Origin: Octopus sinensis
Lineage: Eukaryota
DNA length: 64,000 bases
Direction of reading: 5' to 3'
Assembly: GCF_006345805.1 (NCBI RefSeq)
Contig: NC_043000.1
Coordinates: 54,126,001 to 54,190,000, forward strand
A program made the translations under genes and the position numbers. How positions within the stretch are numbered: position 1 is the first letter of the stretch; each line of letters starts with the position of its first letter. The notes beneath the pieces were generated by a model that ran no database searches, was not told where the DNA came from, and saw nothing but the letters and a program-made list of their open reading frames with translations. This document shows positions 42,591 through 54,908 of the stretch, piece after piece.

Positions 42591-43954
42591 CACGGACGAA
42601 AATATTGTTGCAACATTACACCTACAGCGAAATAAATACCGTAAAGGAGTCAACGTCTCTGCGACTCCAGTAGTTATTTACAATTACAAAGACCGAATTC
42701 TGTTTTGACGTTTCTTTGCTGCAGATAAAGAAGTCACGTCTTAGCTGTGGTGGTTTCTATAAGAATGAGTTGTCAGTTAGCAAATTACGAGAAGGCCAGA
42801 CAAAGAAACTAAAATAACTTAAATAAACTAAGAGACATCGTATTAGAAAAATAAAATGATAAAAGCGATGCGAAAAGGGGAAAAGAATATTGTCATAGAG
42901 GTTGCATAGAGAATAACGATGTAATAAAGCATTCGTGGTATGGTATTTATTTTAGATAATTATAACTTGATTGATTGTGATTAAAAGGATTCAGTGTCAT
43001 GTCCAATGACACACTGAAGTCGTTTTGAGAAAATTCAAATTCATCTTTCTTTATTTGAAGGTCTTTAATTTAACTATACGGTTGCATACTCTGACAAAAC
43101 CATTATGCTATAGCCGTTTTCTCGTTATCTCCTCCCCTATCTTCTCTTCTTTTCTTCTCTTTTCTCCCGTTCTTCTTAATCATTTTTTCTTTATTTTCCA
43201 AGTTAACATACGCTTCTTATTTGATACGATTCTTCAAGCTGGGAAGGAAGCGTTCCTAGCAATAGATTAACATTCCATTTAAAGAATTATTTAATGTCCA
43301 TTTATTTCTTTGGAAATTTATCTATCGGAAATGGATTTGGCAAGAAGCCACACGTTAAGCATGTAGCTGCATGTGATCTGTAGTTGGTAACAGACCAAGC
43401 TCTAAATATTTAGTTTTATTCCACTTACACATTACTGATAAAAGCACGTCTTATGCTACAACATAGAGATACCATCATATGTCGAACAATATTTGCTGCT
43501 AATTTATATTACCGGGTATGTTGAAAATACTAGTGGTACCCATCGGATGACAGGCAATTTTCGAAATACAAATTTACCACCATGGGAAATAACACGATAT
43601 GCGGTATAAACACAATAATAATAATTTTACTTTTATCCAAAGTGTGACACTTATTCAAAAGGAGAAAATAAATTCTTACTTTTAAACGAAAACTATTTAT
43701 TACCTTAGGCTAAATATAGAAATAAAATAAAATAAAAATTGAATATATTATTTATATAACTCTTCTTCTAACTACTCTGACTTTTACTTTCTCTACAACT
43801 CCTGTCTCTATTATTCTTTCTCTCTAAATGTGTGTGCTTTTAGCGTATCTTTATTCCTTGTGTGTTATCAAACCTAGTATGTTCGCACATTCTACACCTC
43901 GGTATGGTCAATGTTACTGGAATTACTGGATGGCAAACTGTGAAGACCTGTGCA

Positions 43955-44036
<82 letters not shown>

Positions 44037-44064
44037 CATAATGCTTGTTGCCACTTCAACATGC

Positions 44065-44102
<38 letters not shown>

Positions 44103-44876
44103 CTGAAAGGCGTTTCGACCGCTTGGATCGCTTTCAAGGCCACTACATCCCGTCCGATTCACTCCAAAATTTACAGGGACATGTAAAATGAGGTGACGAT
44201 GCCCGTGGACTACCTTAGAAATCCCTATCTTAAAATGTCGTTGCTAGGGACAAAAAACCACTTTGACAAGTCCACTCTCGTTCTTCAATGTATCTGTCTT
44301 CCTCAACTCACTCTCGCTATTTCCTCTCTTCCCAGCACTTTTTCACTCACTCTATTTCCTACATTCCCATCCCGTTCACTTCCTCAAATGGCCTTCTTTT
44401 ATGTATCTGTCTGTATTCATAGAGAGAATTACCATCGCCACCACCAACACACAATCATGACAAAAATATTATGAATCTCGCCATCGCATTCTATTGTCTG
44501 CCTGGCAACGCGCCGATCGAGCAAATACAAACAGAACACACCAACGAGCGTTCGTGTTCTGGTTATAACGTAGGTTTTTCGTATCTATTATATTTTAACA
44601 TTTATTTAGAACCCTGTAGATTTTTCGTGCTAAATTTTCATTTTTTACTACTTTATTACTTTTTCTTAAATTGATGCTTTTATTAAACTTAATTCTAATT
44701 GTCTGAGTCAACAGTTCGTTTCCTCGGAGGATATGGAAATTCCTATTACCCGTCAGAGAAATAACTCCAGCAGCTCACAACTATTTCAACAAAGACAAGG
44801 TTACCTGCTTACCAGTCGAATTCAGCGTCAACGCTCACGTATGAGAGACACTCCAACACACACACACATATATACG

Positions 44877-44911
<35 letters not shown>

Positions 44912-44920
44912 TATATATAT

Positions 44921-46004
44921 AATGTGTGCATTATGTGGTCGGTTGAGCTGAAAATATGCAGACCTATGTTAAAAGTGCTGGCAAGTTTGCATGACAACTA
45001 TTTTTTTCCTCAAATGAAACGCGTGACCTCTAGGACAAAATTCCTCATCTAATAAAATGTGGCCCCAGTACACCCGAATGAAATCGGGTTATATTAACCA
45101 AAATGTGAAAAGGGGTCTAAATGGGGCTGGAAGGGGATTAAAATTTAAAGGAGCAGGTGTTTAGGAATTCTCTGTTACATGAAGCTAAAAAATTTTCGCC
45201 AGCCTTTTAATCGTCAATGTGTTGCCGTCCATGATGAAGAAGTGTTGAATGCTTGCCATGGTGAGTCTACTGTCGTGAGAAAGAATCACTTCAAAACTTT
45301 GTGTTTAGGGATTTTCTTTTACATCAAGTTCAAAATTTTACGCCAGCCGTTAAACTGTCAAGACGTTGCTGTCCGTCGTTAACAAATGCCAGCCATGGTG
45401 ACTCTACTATCCTCACATTCTATCCCTTCACACTTTGGTTTCCAATATTTTATTATTTTTATTCAGCTCGCAAGTTCGTCTGTCCCTTTTAAATGTTAGT
45501 GTTTTGCTGTCAGCCTTGAAGCAGACCTTTCCATTGATACTGCCTGATATATATGATTGATCTTTCTAAATATTTTATTTCTCAACTTACTCAAGATCTT
45601 TTGTTGTTTATAAATGGGAGAGAGACATATAAAGATAGAGAGTAAGAGAAAGCGAAGGAGAGTCCGAGAGAAAAGAAAAGTAAGAGAGTGGGAAAGTGAG
45701 AGAGAAACAAAGAGGGAGAATCATCATCATCATCATCGTTTAACGTACGGTTTTCGTGCTAGCACGTGTTGGACAGTTTGACCGGGGTCTGGGAAGCCAG
45801 GAGGCTGCACCAGGCAGTGTTTCTACAGGTGGATGACCTTCCTAACGCCAACCACTCTGTGAGTGTAGTGGGTGCTTTTTTCGTGCCAGTCAAGGCGGCG
45901 CTGCAATCGGCCACGTTCAGATGGTGCTTTTTACGTGCTGAAAGGAAGTAACAGAAAGTAACAACCATACTCTTACCCGCGCGTAGAGCGGGTATCCTTC
46001 AGTT

Positions 46005-46066
<62 letters not shown>

Positions 46067-47159
46067 ATATAATGTGTGCATTATGTGGTCGGTTGAGCTG
46101 AAAATATGCAGACCTATGTTAAAAGTGCTGGCAAGTTTGCATGACAACTATTTTTTTCCTCAAATGAAACGCGTGACCTCTAGGACAAAATTCCTCATCT
46201 AATAAAATGTGGCCCCAGTACACCCGAATGAAATCGGGTTATATTAACCAAAATGTGAAAAGGGGTCTAAATGGGGCTGGAAGGGGATTAAAATTTAAAG
46301 GAGCAGGTGTTTAGGAATTCTCTGTTACATGAAGCTAAAAAATTTTCGCCAGCCTTTTAATCGTCAATGTGTTGCCGTCCATGATGAAGAAGTGTTGAAT
46401 GCTTGCCATGGTGAGTCTACTGTCGTGAGAAAGAATCACTTCAAAACTTTGTGTTTAGGGATTTTCTTTTACATCAAGTTCAAAATTTTACGCCAGCCGT
46501 TAAACTGTCAAGACGTTGCTGTCCGTCGTTAACAAATGCCAGCCATGGTGACTCTACTATCCTCACATTCTATCCCTTCACACTTTGGTTTCCAATATTT
46601 TATTATTTTTATTCAGCTCGCAAGTTCGTCTGTCCCTTTTAAATGTTAGTGTTTTGCTGTCAGCCTTGAAGCAGACCTTTCCATTGATACTGCCTGATAT
46701 ATATGATTGATCTTTCTAAATATTTTATTTCTCAACTTACTCAAGATCTTTTGTTGTTTATAAATGGGAGAGAGACATATAAAGATAGAGAGTAAGAGAA
46801 GCGAAGGAGAGTCCGAGAGAAAAGAAAAGTAAGAGAGTGGGAAAGTGAGAGAGAAACAAAGAGGGAGAATCATCATCATCATCATCGTTTAACGTACGGT
46901 TTTCGTGCTAGCACGTGTTGGACAGTTTGACCGGGGTCTGGGAAGCCAGGAGGCTGCACCAGGCAGTGTTTCTACAGGTGGATGACCTTCCTAACGCCAA
47001 CCACTCTGTGAGTGTAGTGGGTGCTTTTTTCGTGCCAGTCAAGGCGGCGCTGCAATCGGCCACGTTCAGATGGTGCTTTTTACGTGCTGAAAGGAAGTAA
47101 CAGAAAGTAACAACCATACTCTTACCCGCGCGTAGAGCGGGTATCCTTCAGTTGGTAAA
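44921..47159. repeat. Near-identical 1.09-kb direct duplication (44921-46010, 46071-47159) separated by (TA)n
   Basis: Period 1150; the only difference I saw is a 1-nt indel (agaaagcga/agaagcga). The unit holds an internal diverged ~145-bp repeat, a (CAT)n-tailed SINE fragment, and a terminal hairpin tacccgc-gcgtaga-gcgggta. Confidence 0.95.
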
Positions 47160-47162
47160 TAT

Positions 47163-47209
<47 letters not shown>

Positions 47210-47707
47210 GTATGTATGTATGTATGTATGTATGTATGGATGGATGGATGGATGGATGGATGGATGGATGGATGGATGAATACCGTTTTATTTGTTTCAG
47301 ACCTTTAACTGCAGCTGTACTGGGAACATACACAAACTAACACCAGTTGTCAGAGGTGGCGTGAGACAAACACGAAGGCACGTAACACGCATGCATGTGC
47401 ACTAGCACATACACACACATATGCACATGCACATACGCATACACATACATACAGTCACATACACACACTCACAGACACAAACGCAAACACAAACATGCAC
47501 ACAAACACATATATGTTAATATATATTACCATGAATAATCAGAAATTGTATTACCCATCATATGACAATATCTATTTAAATATATTGTAGACATCATAAC
47601 AAAATTTATAACATGTGCGACAACGTAAACTAATGATATTATTTATGGCCTAATGTTTGTTACGAGATGTTCCAAAAATAATACAGATAGATAGATAGAT
47701 AGATATT

Positions 47708-47800
<93 letters not shown>

Positions 47801-48359
47801 GCATTGCATGCATATGCATATAAATATGTGTGTGTGTGTGTGTGTCTGTTTACGTACGCGCTCACATGTAACCTTCTTTCCAATTTTCTAATCAACTTCC
47901 TGGCTTATTTTTCACATTTCTTTATTTGGTTCAAATCGATTGAAGGAACTTCTCTTGATATGACAGAAAGGAAGTTTATTGCAAGCGACTATTTTTCTCC
48001 GCTGGGGATTTGAAATGAGCATTGTATGAAGAAATCTTGCGCAGAACTTATTGCAGGTTAAATAGAGTGAGATGTTGGAAAGTAAATATCACATACGGTG
48101 ACGCATCGCAGCTTCTGTGCCCTCATCGTACACTTCCGTCTTGCTACTATTTCTTGCTACAATATTGTCAAAATACTCTACATTCCGGAATCATAAAACA
48201 CATCCTATAAACAAATGTACGTAAATGACAACAACTTACTTATTTTCTCATACTTTTAGTCACAAATCCGAAAACAAAGTTTTCATTTTCTCTTTAAAAG
48301 ATACGATATATTCTAAGTAACTTCGTCTAAACACATCGGCAATAGACAAAAACCTTCTT

Positions 48360-48605
48360 ATAGATTGCAGTCTAAAAGATAGATATCTGATAACACTAAA
48401 GAGGCTGTTAACACTATAGAGGTTGTTATTTGGTGTGCGTTTAGACGCAGTTGTGTATCGTTATTTTGATCTGCGCATTTAATTGAAATCAGTTTAGACA
48501 TCAATGTAAAAGCGTTATATAGCATATTTTCTATACGTGGAAACGTGATGTAAGCGCAATAGGATGGAGTTAAACACACGCCTTGAGGTGTGTCCCAGTT
48601 TCGAT
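48360..48605 (-). mobile_element. Possible decayed LINE RT fragment
   Basis: DTPQGVCLTPSYCAYI resembles the GxPQGSVLSPLLF motif; no intact YADD follows. Confidence 0.3.
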
Positions 48606-49081
48606 TCTTTCAGACATTCTAATTTTCCATCCTGCTAAAAATATCGAAGCTTTGCGACTATGTAAGAAATCAATATGAAGTCTTATAACATATCGATCAT
48701 TATATTGACAATAAATGAAAAACATCAATGAAAATTACAAAAAAATTCTAATAACTAAATACCTAAATAATATCCGTAAAAGCGAAGTAATGCTAATTGC
48801 AAATTATTGATCATTCATGTCGCTTTTCAGCTCTAGTCGTTCTCTAACAGATTGTTTCGCAGCTGGTCTAATAATTAATTCTTAATTATGTAGTAACGTA
48901 TGTATGTGTGTGTATTTTTCGGGCAAGAAAGTAAAAGCATTTCTTGGTGTATTTGTACGAAAAAGGTGTGTCAACCTGCATGCAACATGTATGGAGCAGA
49001 TGCGGAATAAATAGCAGTGTACATATATCATTAAGTAGATAAGTTGCATGTTTCTGTATCTGTATATGTGCGTCTAATGAT

Positions 49082-49118
<37 letters not shown>

Positions 49119-49131
49119 ATACATATATATA

Positions 49132-49191
<60 letters not shown>

Positions 49192-49753
49192 GTATGTATA
49201 TACGTATGTATGCATGTACGTATGTGTATGTATTTTTGTAGGTTTTGCAATGTACTTATTCATGATTGCATAGAGATAGATAGATAGATAACTAGCTAGA
49301 CAGATAATAAAGTTTATATACATATGCATTTGTGTGTAAGTACGTATGAGTAAGTCCCTGCGTGTATAGGTGTAACTAAGCAGGTGTATCACACTACTTT
49401 TTTGTGTCCTTTGTTCTTCGAGAGAAAAGTGTGTGCAGATATATTTTCTTGAGTATTTTCCTCTTTCCTAGTAAGTATACATGCTTGCAGATCATACATA
49501 TACATACACACACAAACACACATACACACACACACACACAGAAACACACATGCACACACACAAACACACACGTGTTTATAATTTCTTTCTGCGGCTTATG
49601 TACATACTAGTATTTTAGGTGGGTGTGAGTTTTAAAGTGATTTCGTGTAGTCATGGAAGCGCGCTAAGTGCTTCTGTTTCTATAAAACACATACTTTTGT
49701 TTACACAGTGAACACAGAAACGCATAATCATACAAACACACACATACACATGC

Positions 49754-49810
<57 letters not shown>

Positions 49811-51791
49811 ATATTCAAAGGGAAAGACCACCGTTTAATTAAATTAATATTAATTTATCTCCCTCATTATTTAAATATATATATATATATATATATACAT
49901 TAATATATAAGTGTGCCTCTATCTATTTATCAATCTATCTATCTATACACACACATACGCACACGCACACACACACGGACACCTATACAAATCTGAAAAT
50001 GGATAGGAAGTTAATGACACTGGTGTGATACATATATATATATATTATATATATGCATGGGACTTGATGTGTAATACGTACATATTGCACCTGTGTCTTT
50101 ATTTACATCAGTTTTTAGGCTACTGAAAACTGATGATTAAGCAATCGATATCTGTACATTCCGTTCCATCCCTTTAACGTATTCGGATGATCTCAACAGA
50201 AATTCGCGTCCTCGCATAAGAGTAGAATCAATGAAATCAATCAATTTATTTTAATGAGTTTCGAGGGCTCGTTCTTTTTTAAAATATTCTATAGTGCTGT
50301 TGATAAAGAATACTTTCAGAGCCTTTTAAAGTATAACACGATAGACATCTGTTGATGAGTTACGGATGTCCATTATGTAATGTTATAACTCGTTTTGAGA
50401 ATTTAATTCAGGTGTCCTTATAGCATACGTGAGATTGACAGCGTTCTTTTATAACAGTTGTACAATATCTGCTTTTGGTTTATTTAAAATCTCATTCGAA
50501 TGCAATGATTATGTCTTATTTTGTTCACAATTGTTTTTGTCTTGTTTTCTCAATTTTAGGAGCACCAACTCACCAGATCTCATGCCTCTCAACGTCCATT
50601 GCTTGCATCCTGTAAAATGTGCTTGTTCCGTCATCATACACAAAAGTGGATATGATGGCTGCTCTTGTACCTAAATTCTTGTGGAAACATTTACAAACAT
50701 GTACTTACTCGCATACTTACGTAGTATACCCCACCTCGGTATATGTTTCACTTGTTATCACAATTCGACTGCTTTCAGGAATCACGCACTTCAGTCGAGG
50801 AGACTGTCAAGCAATCATGATTGAAAGGATAGACGACATACATTCGAGAATCAGATGTAGATTCCAGATTCGATACGGTCGTCTTAATACGCGACATGAG
50901 CTGTCGTTGAATTCTTGGTTTTTAAAATTTATGGCGGTGACATTATTGTTCTATAACCATAAAAGCAATCGTCCGAATGCTGTTTGCATTTACCATGTTG
51001 TCGCTGAGAGTTAACGTGTCTGTTATTCGATAGTATACTGCCAAGATTCAGATTCATTTAATGAATATTACACTTTCCTCGTTTGTTGCCGTAGAGATTT
51101 AAATACTCCTCCCTTTTTATATATATTTATTCTAGTGCAGTGAATAATTGCATTTGTTTCTCGTTAAGTAATATCCTTTAAGAGCGAGTAGAGTCAGCTG
51201 TTTATCGTAGATCTTTCACACAGATCTACATGTTCTCCTTTTGGCTATTAATTGAGCAATAGCCAAAGCGTCTCCAGCCTAGTGTAACTTTATGTAAACG
51301 ATGTTATCGAGATTGCGGAAGGTCTCCTTCAGTATTATAGCAAGAAAATATGAGAACGGAGCAGATGCCGTAACACATCACCGTTTAATGCCGTTTGGTA
51401 CGACAAATACGCCCCGTTCTATATATCTGCCGCATCTACTTCACTTAAAAACACTCAAGTACGCGTGGTTTTCAACAAGGAGGCCTGATTCTCAGGACAA
51501 CCATATTTCTTCTATACTTGGTACAATCCAAATTTGCTCACGCACAGAACGCCTTTGGAAAGTTAGTAATTATTAAGTCAGATAGAAACTTTTTTATTGT
51601 ACTAGTTATAATACAAGTGGTTGCATATCATACTGTATCTCTTGGGTATGAGGGTAGTAAATCTGTTGAGATAGCTCCTTCTATTGATAGAGAGAAGGAT
51701 AATTCTTAAAACCTGTTCTTTTAATTTCTTCGAAATTGCGACAATGTCAACACCTTTTGCTTCTTATGATACCGATCCTTCCCCGTTGTAG

Positions 51792-52618
51792 AGGATCAGT
51801 AATCAGCATCTGCATGCTGTCGATGAGGCTAAATCAGCCATACTTGCTAATTTTAGCAACAATCTCATCCCTACCAGATTCGCTAGAGAAGTGATTCACT
51901 ACAGAAGGTATTTCCCCTAGTAATTCAACCAGTGTTGGTATTTCATAGAAGATTAGACTGATATTTCACAGATCAATGTTAGAAAGTTCTACAGGTTTTT
52001 GCCACCAAGTGCATTGAACAGTTGCGGAAAGTATTTTATCAAATTATTCAATAGTCTCGCTTTATAGATGTGATTCATGAATAAATAAAGACCTGACTCT
52101 GGTGTGCCCAACTTACTTGGAACCAATTACAGCTGCTTATGAATATATTTGTAGCTGTGGCTCATTAATATGGCAGTTTCTCTACCATTGAGCCCCACCT
52201 CAATTTATCTGTCTCCTTCCTTGTGTGTGATTTTATAGCAATCTGCAAGTAACTCTAAAAACCATCGTGGGCGGTACAGTACATTTAACATTTAATATTT
52301 GTTTGATTTCTCTTATTTCCTTTCAGTCACGGCACTTACAGTAGTACAGGATCGTGTAAGTCAAACGAATCTTGACACTCCAGTAAAGATTATCAACAGC
52401 AGTTTTAGCTCTGTCAAACACAACTCACACACAATCACACATGGTCGCTCTATATTTTCCATTTGGTAAGAGTCATGTATATTTGTTTTTCTACTTTCGT
52501 CTTGTTACAGGAAATACGTATTTCTGCGTCTAGCTTGACAGGCTTGGCTATTGAGGATGAATTTGGAGCGATCACAATACCATATCACCTTAAAAATTTG
52601 CGAGTCGCGGAGCTCTGA
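51792..52618 (+). CDS. Cluster of candidate exons 51792-51907, 52327-52355 and terminal 52511-52618
   Basis: Strong pyrimidine acceptors (ccttccccgttgtag|, ctcttatttcctttcag|, tttcgtcttgttacag|) and donors (gaag|gtattt, cgt|gtaagt). Peptides: RISNQHLHAVDEAKSAILANFSNNLIPTRFAREVIHYR; TALTVVQDR; EIRISASSLTGLAIEDEFGAITIPYHLKNLRVAEL*, with aataaa ~40 nt downstream. The first and second exons are not phase-compatible. Confidence 0.25.
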
Positions 52619-53258
52619 TGCAGTGCACGTCCATTTTATCCGCCTGTGTATTGTAATTCAATAAATCATCTGATAATATGAAAACGAAGGTGTTGTCAGC
52701 GGTTCGGTTTTCTCTTTGAATATAGCATTTGTTACCAGAACGCTACACGTTATATAGAGCCAGTTGAATATCTCAGCTGGAGATGCAACCATGAACACCA
52801 TCATTAGAATGCCTTCCAATAAATACTGACACTCGGGTTTACCATTAATAGCGTCTAATTGCGCAATGTATGTGTAAAATTACGATATAAACTTCTTTGC
52901 TTTTATTGGTGTCTGTGTTAGTTGAAGTAAATACATTGATAATTATATCATTGTAGTCTCACATTGATAATTATATCATTGGTAGTCTCACAGATATGAT
53001 GCAGTCGCTTATTGACATTATAGTATGAACTTTAGAAAATGCTCAATATAGTGAATCTAAATTTGTTTCATTTAAGTTTCCTTGAGTTGCAAAACATATG
53101 TATGTATGTATGCATGTATGTATGCATGTATGCATGTATGTATGCATGTATGTGTGTATGTGTGTATGTATGCATGTATATATGTGTGTGTATGCATGCA
53201 TGTATGTATGTATGTATGTAGGTAGGTAGGTAGGTAGGTATGTAGGTATGTACGTGAT

Positions 53259-53459
53259 TCAGTGGTTAGGGTACCCGGCTCATGATCATAAGGCCGTGAG
53301 TTCAATTCCCGGTGACGCGTTTTGTCCTTGAACAAAACACTTTATTTCACGTTGCTCCAGTTCTCTCAATTGGCAAAAATGTGTAGTATCTGTATTTCAA
53401 AGGGCCAGCCTTGTCACATTCTATCTGACGCTGAACCTCCCTGAGAACTACGTTAATGG
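53259..53459 (+). mobile_element. tRNA-derived SINE, family C
   Basis: cagtggttaggg...gagttcaattcc head, tgtccttgaacaaaacactttatttcacgttgctccagt body; tail shared with 36894-36965. Confidence 0.8.
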
Positions 53460-54744
53460 CCAATTTTGTACACAATCGGCAAAATTAACTCAGAATTTAT
53501 CCTCCTGCAGTTTATTCTTCTATTGCGTATATAGTCAGAGTAATATAGTCAAAAATTATTAAAAGTAGTTTTGAATAGATGCTGATTGTAAATATCAATT
53601 TTCAAAGCCCTGCTTTCCTAGATGGTAAATATGCCGTTACGGTTTAATTTTTTTTTTTTCTGAACTGTTTTATGTTATTTTGTCTTACTTGCAAAAAAAA
53701 GTTACAATTTCTGTAATAATTGTAATTGTAGGAAAAGCATATAATCCTATTAAACATACTCAAGAGTGTTATTAGTACTTAATTTATTATAGAGAAAAAA
53801 ATCGTTTTACTTGGCTATATATCTATTCTTCATTTTATTTCCAAATAAAGTGATCACCATTTAGGCCAAGATGATAAATATAAGCTATTCCGCGTTTTAG
53901 AAAATTAAAAACTTTATTAAATTACCATTCGAACATTGTCTGAAATGTAATTGATTTTTGTAGAATTATAGCCTAAATTTGCATTAAGTAAATTATTCTA
54001 GTTAATTTTACTAAGCTTAAAAATTCGTTGCTGAAGGATAAATTGCTAAAATTACACGGAAACTAAACGTTTTCTGAAATATTTAAAAAGTTGGCATATG
54101 ATATTGCACTAGTAATGCAAAAATGATCTGACCTGCTTTACTAACCATTAGTTCAAGTAGCAACCCTCGACGTAGTTACCCTACTTGCTACAAAAAACGG
54201 CTAAATCCCCCTCAAATCACAAACTATATTTCCTTATTTTAAGGAAAGAATCATAGATGTGAGCTGACTTTATTCAAACTCAATAAATTAAGAAGTTAAC
54301 TTCTAAAAGACTGAGAATTCCATAGGCCCGTATGCCCTCAAAAAATTATCAGAGCAGATCAGTGTGATATAACGTGACAAGAGTAAAACTTTGAATTAAA
54401 ATCCAGTGATTGTATTGCATGGCTGTTTAAGAACTGAAATGAATGCAGCAGGAAGTCTAGCCGACGTGCTAACGATTCAATTTATTTACCGCTTTCATCA
54501 CCATCGTTACTGATATAAAGTTGGTAGTTTGGCAGAATAGGTGGAGTTTCGCATAAAATTATATAGTTGTGGATTCTATACGTTCTGAGGACTAAACCCA
54601 CTAGGTCTACTTTGTCTTTCGTTCTTCTAGAGTTGATAACGTAAATGCCAGTCAAGTACTAGAGTCGATTATTAAAATCTTCTGTTAAACTACATGGTTA
54701 AGTGGCAATGTTATAAATCAGTATAATTACAGATATATACATAC

Positions 54745-54908
54745 ATGTCCAGCGATCGCCATGATAGATTGCTAGGCACTACACATTCTTTATTTTCTCT
54801 CTTTGTTTCTTTCTGCGTTCCTTTCTGTCGACGAGCGTAGGCTAGAAACGTTAAAAACTTTTTCACTTCCAGAGGGTTATACTTCGACTTTTTTGTGAAT
54901 TCTCCCCC
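54745..54908 (+). mobile_element. (TA)n-terminated pLTR/retrozyme-like element with HHR variant
   Basis: Pyrimidine-rich leader, HHR motif, and an end of gaattctccccc-(TA)n. Confidence 0.55.
54821..54856 (+). ncRNA. Minimal type-I hammerhead motif with A6U core
   Basis: ttt-CTGTCGA-c-gagc(gtag)gcta-GAAA-cg-T-T-aaa; g:a mismatch at the base of stem II. Confidence 0.55.

Noticed and set aside
44105-44150. Minus-strand hammerhead-like ccttgaaagcgatccaagcggtcgaaacgcc
   Set aside because: The core is not CUGANGA and stem I does not close; probably a decayed relative, too degenerate to call.
50619-51014. 131-aa plus ORF, the longest non-repeat ORF
   Set aside because: No recognisable motif and conflicting splice signals on both strands; not supportable without expression data.
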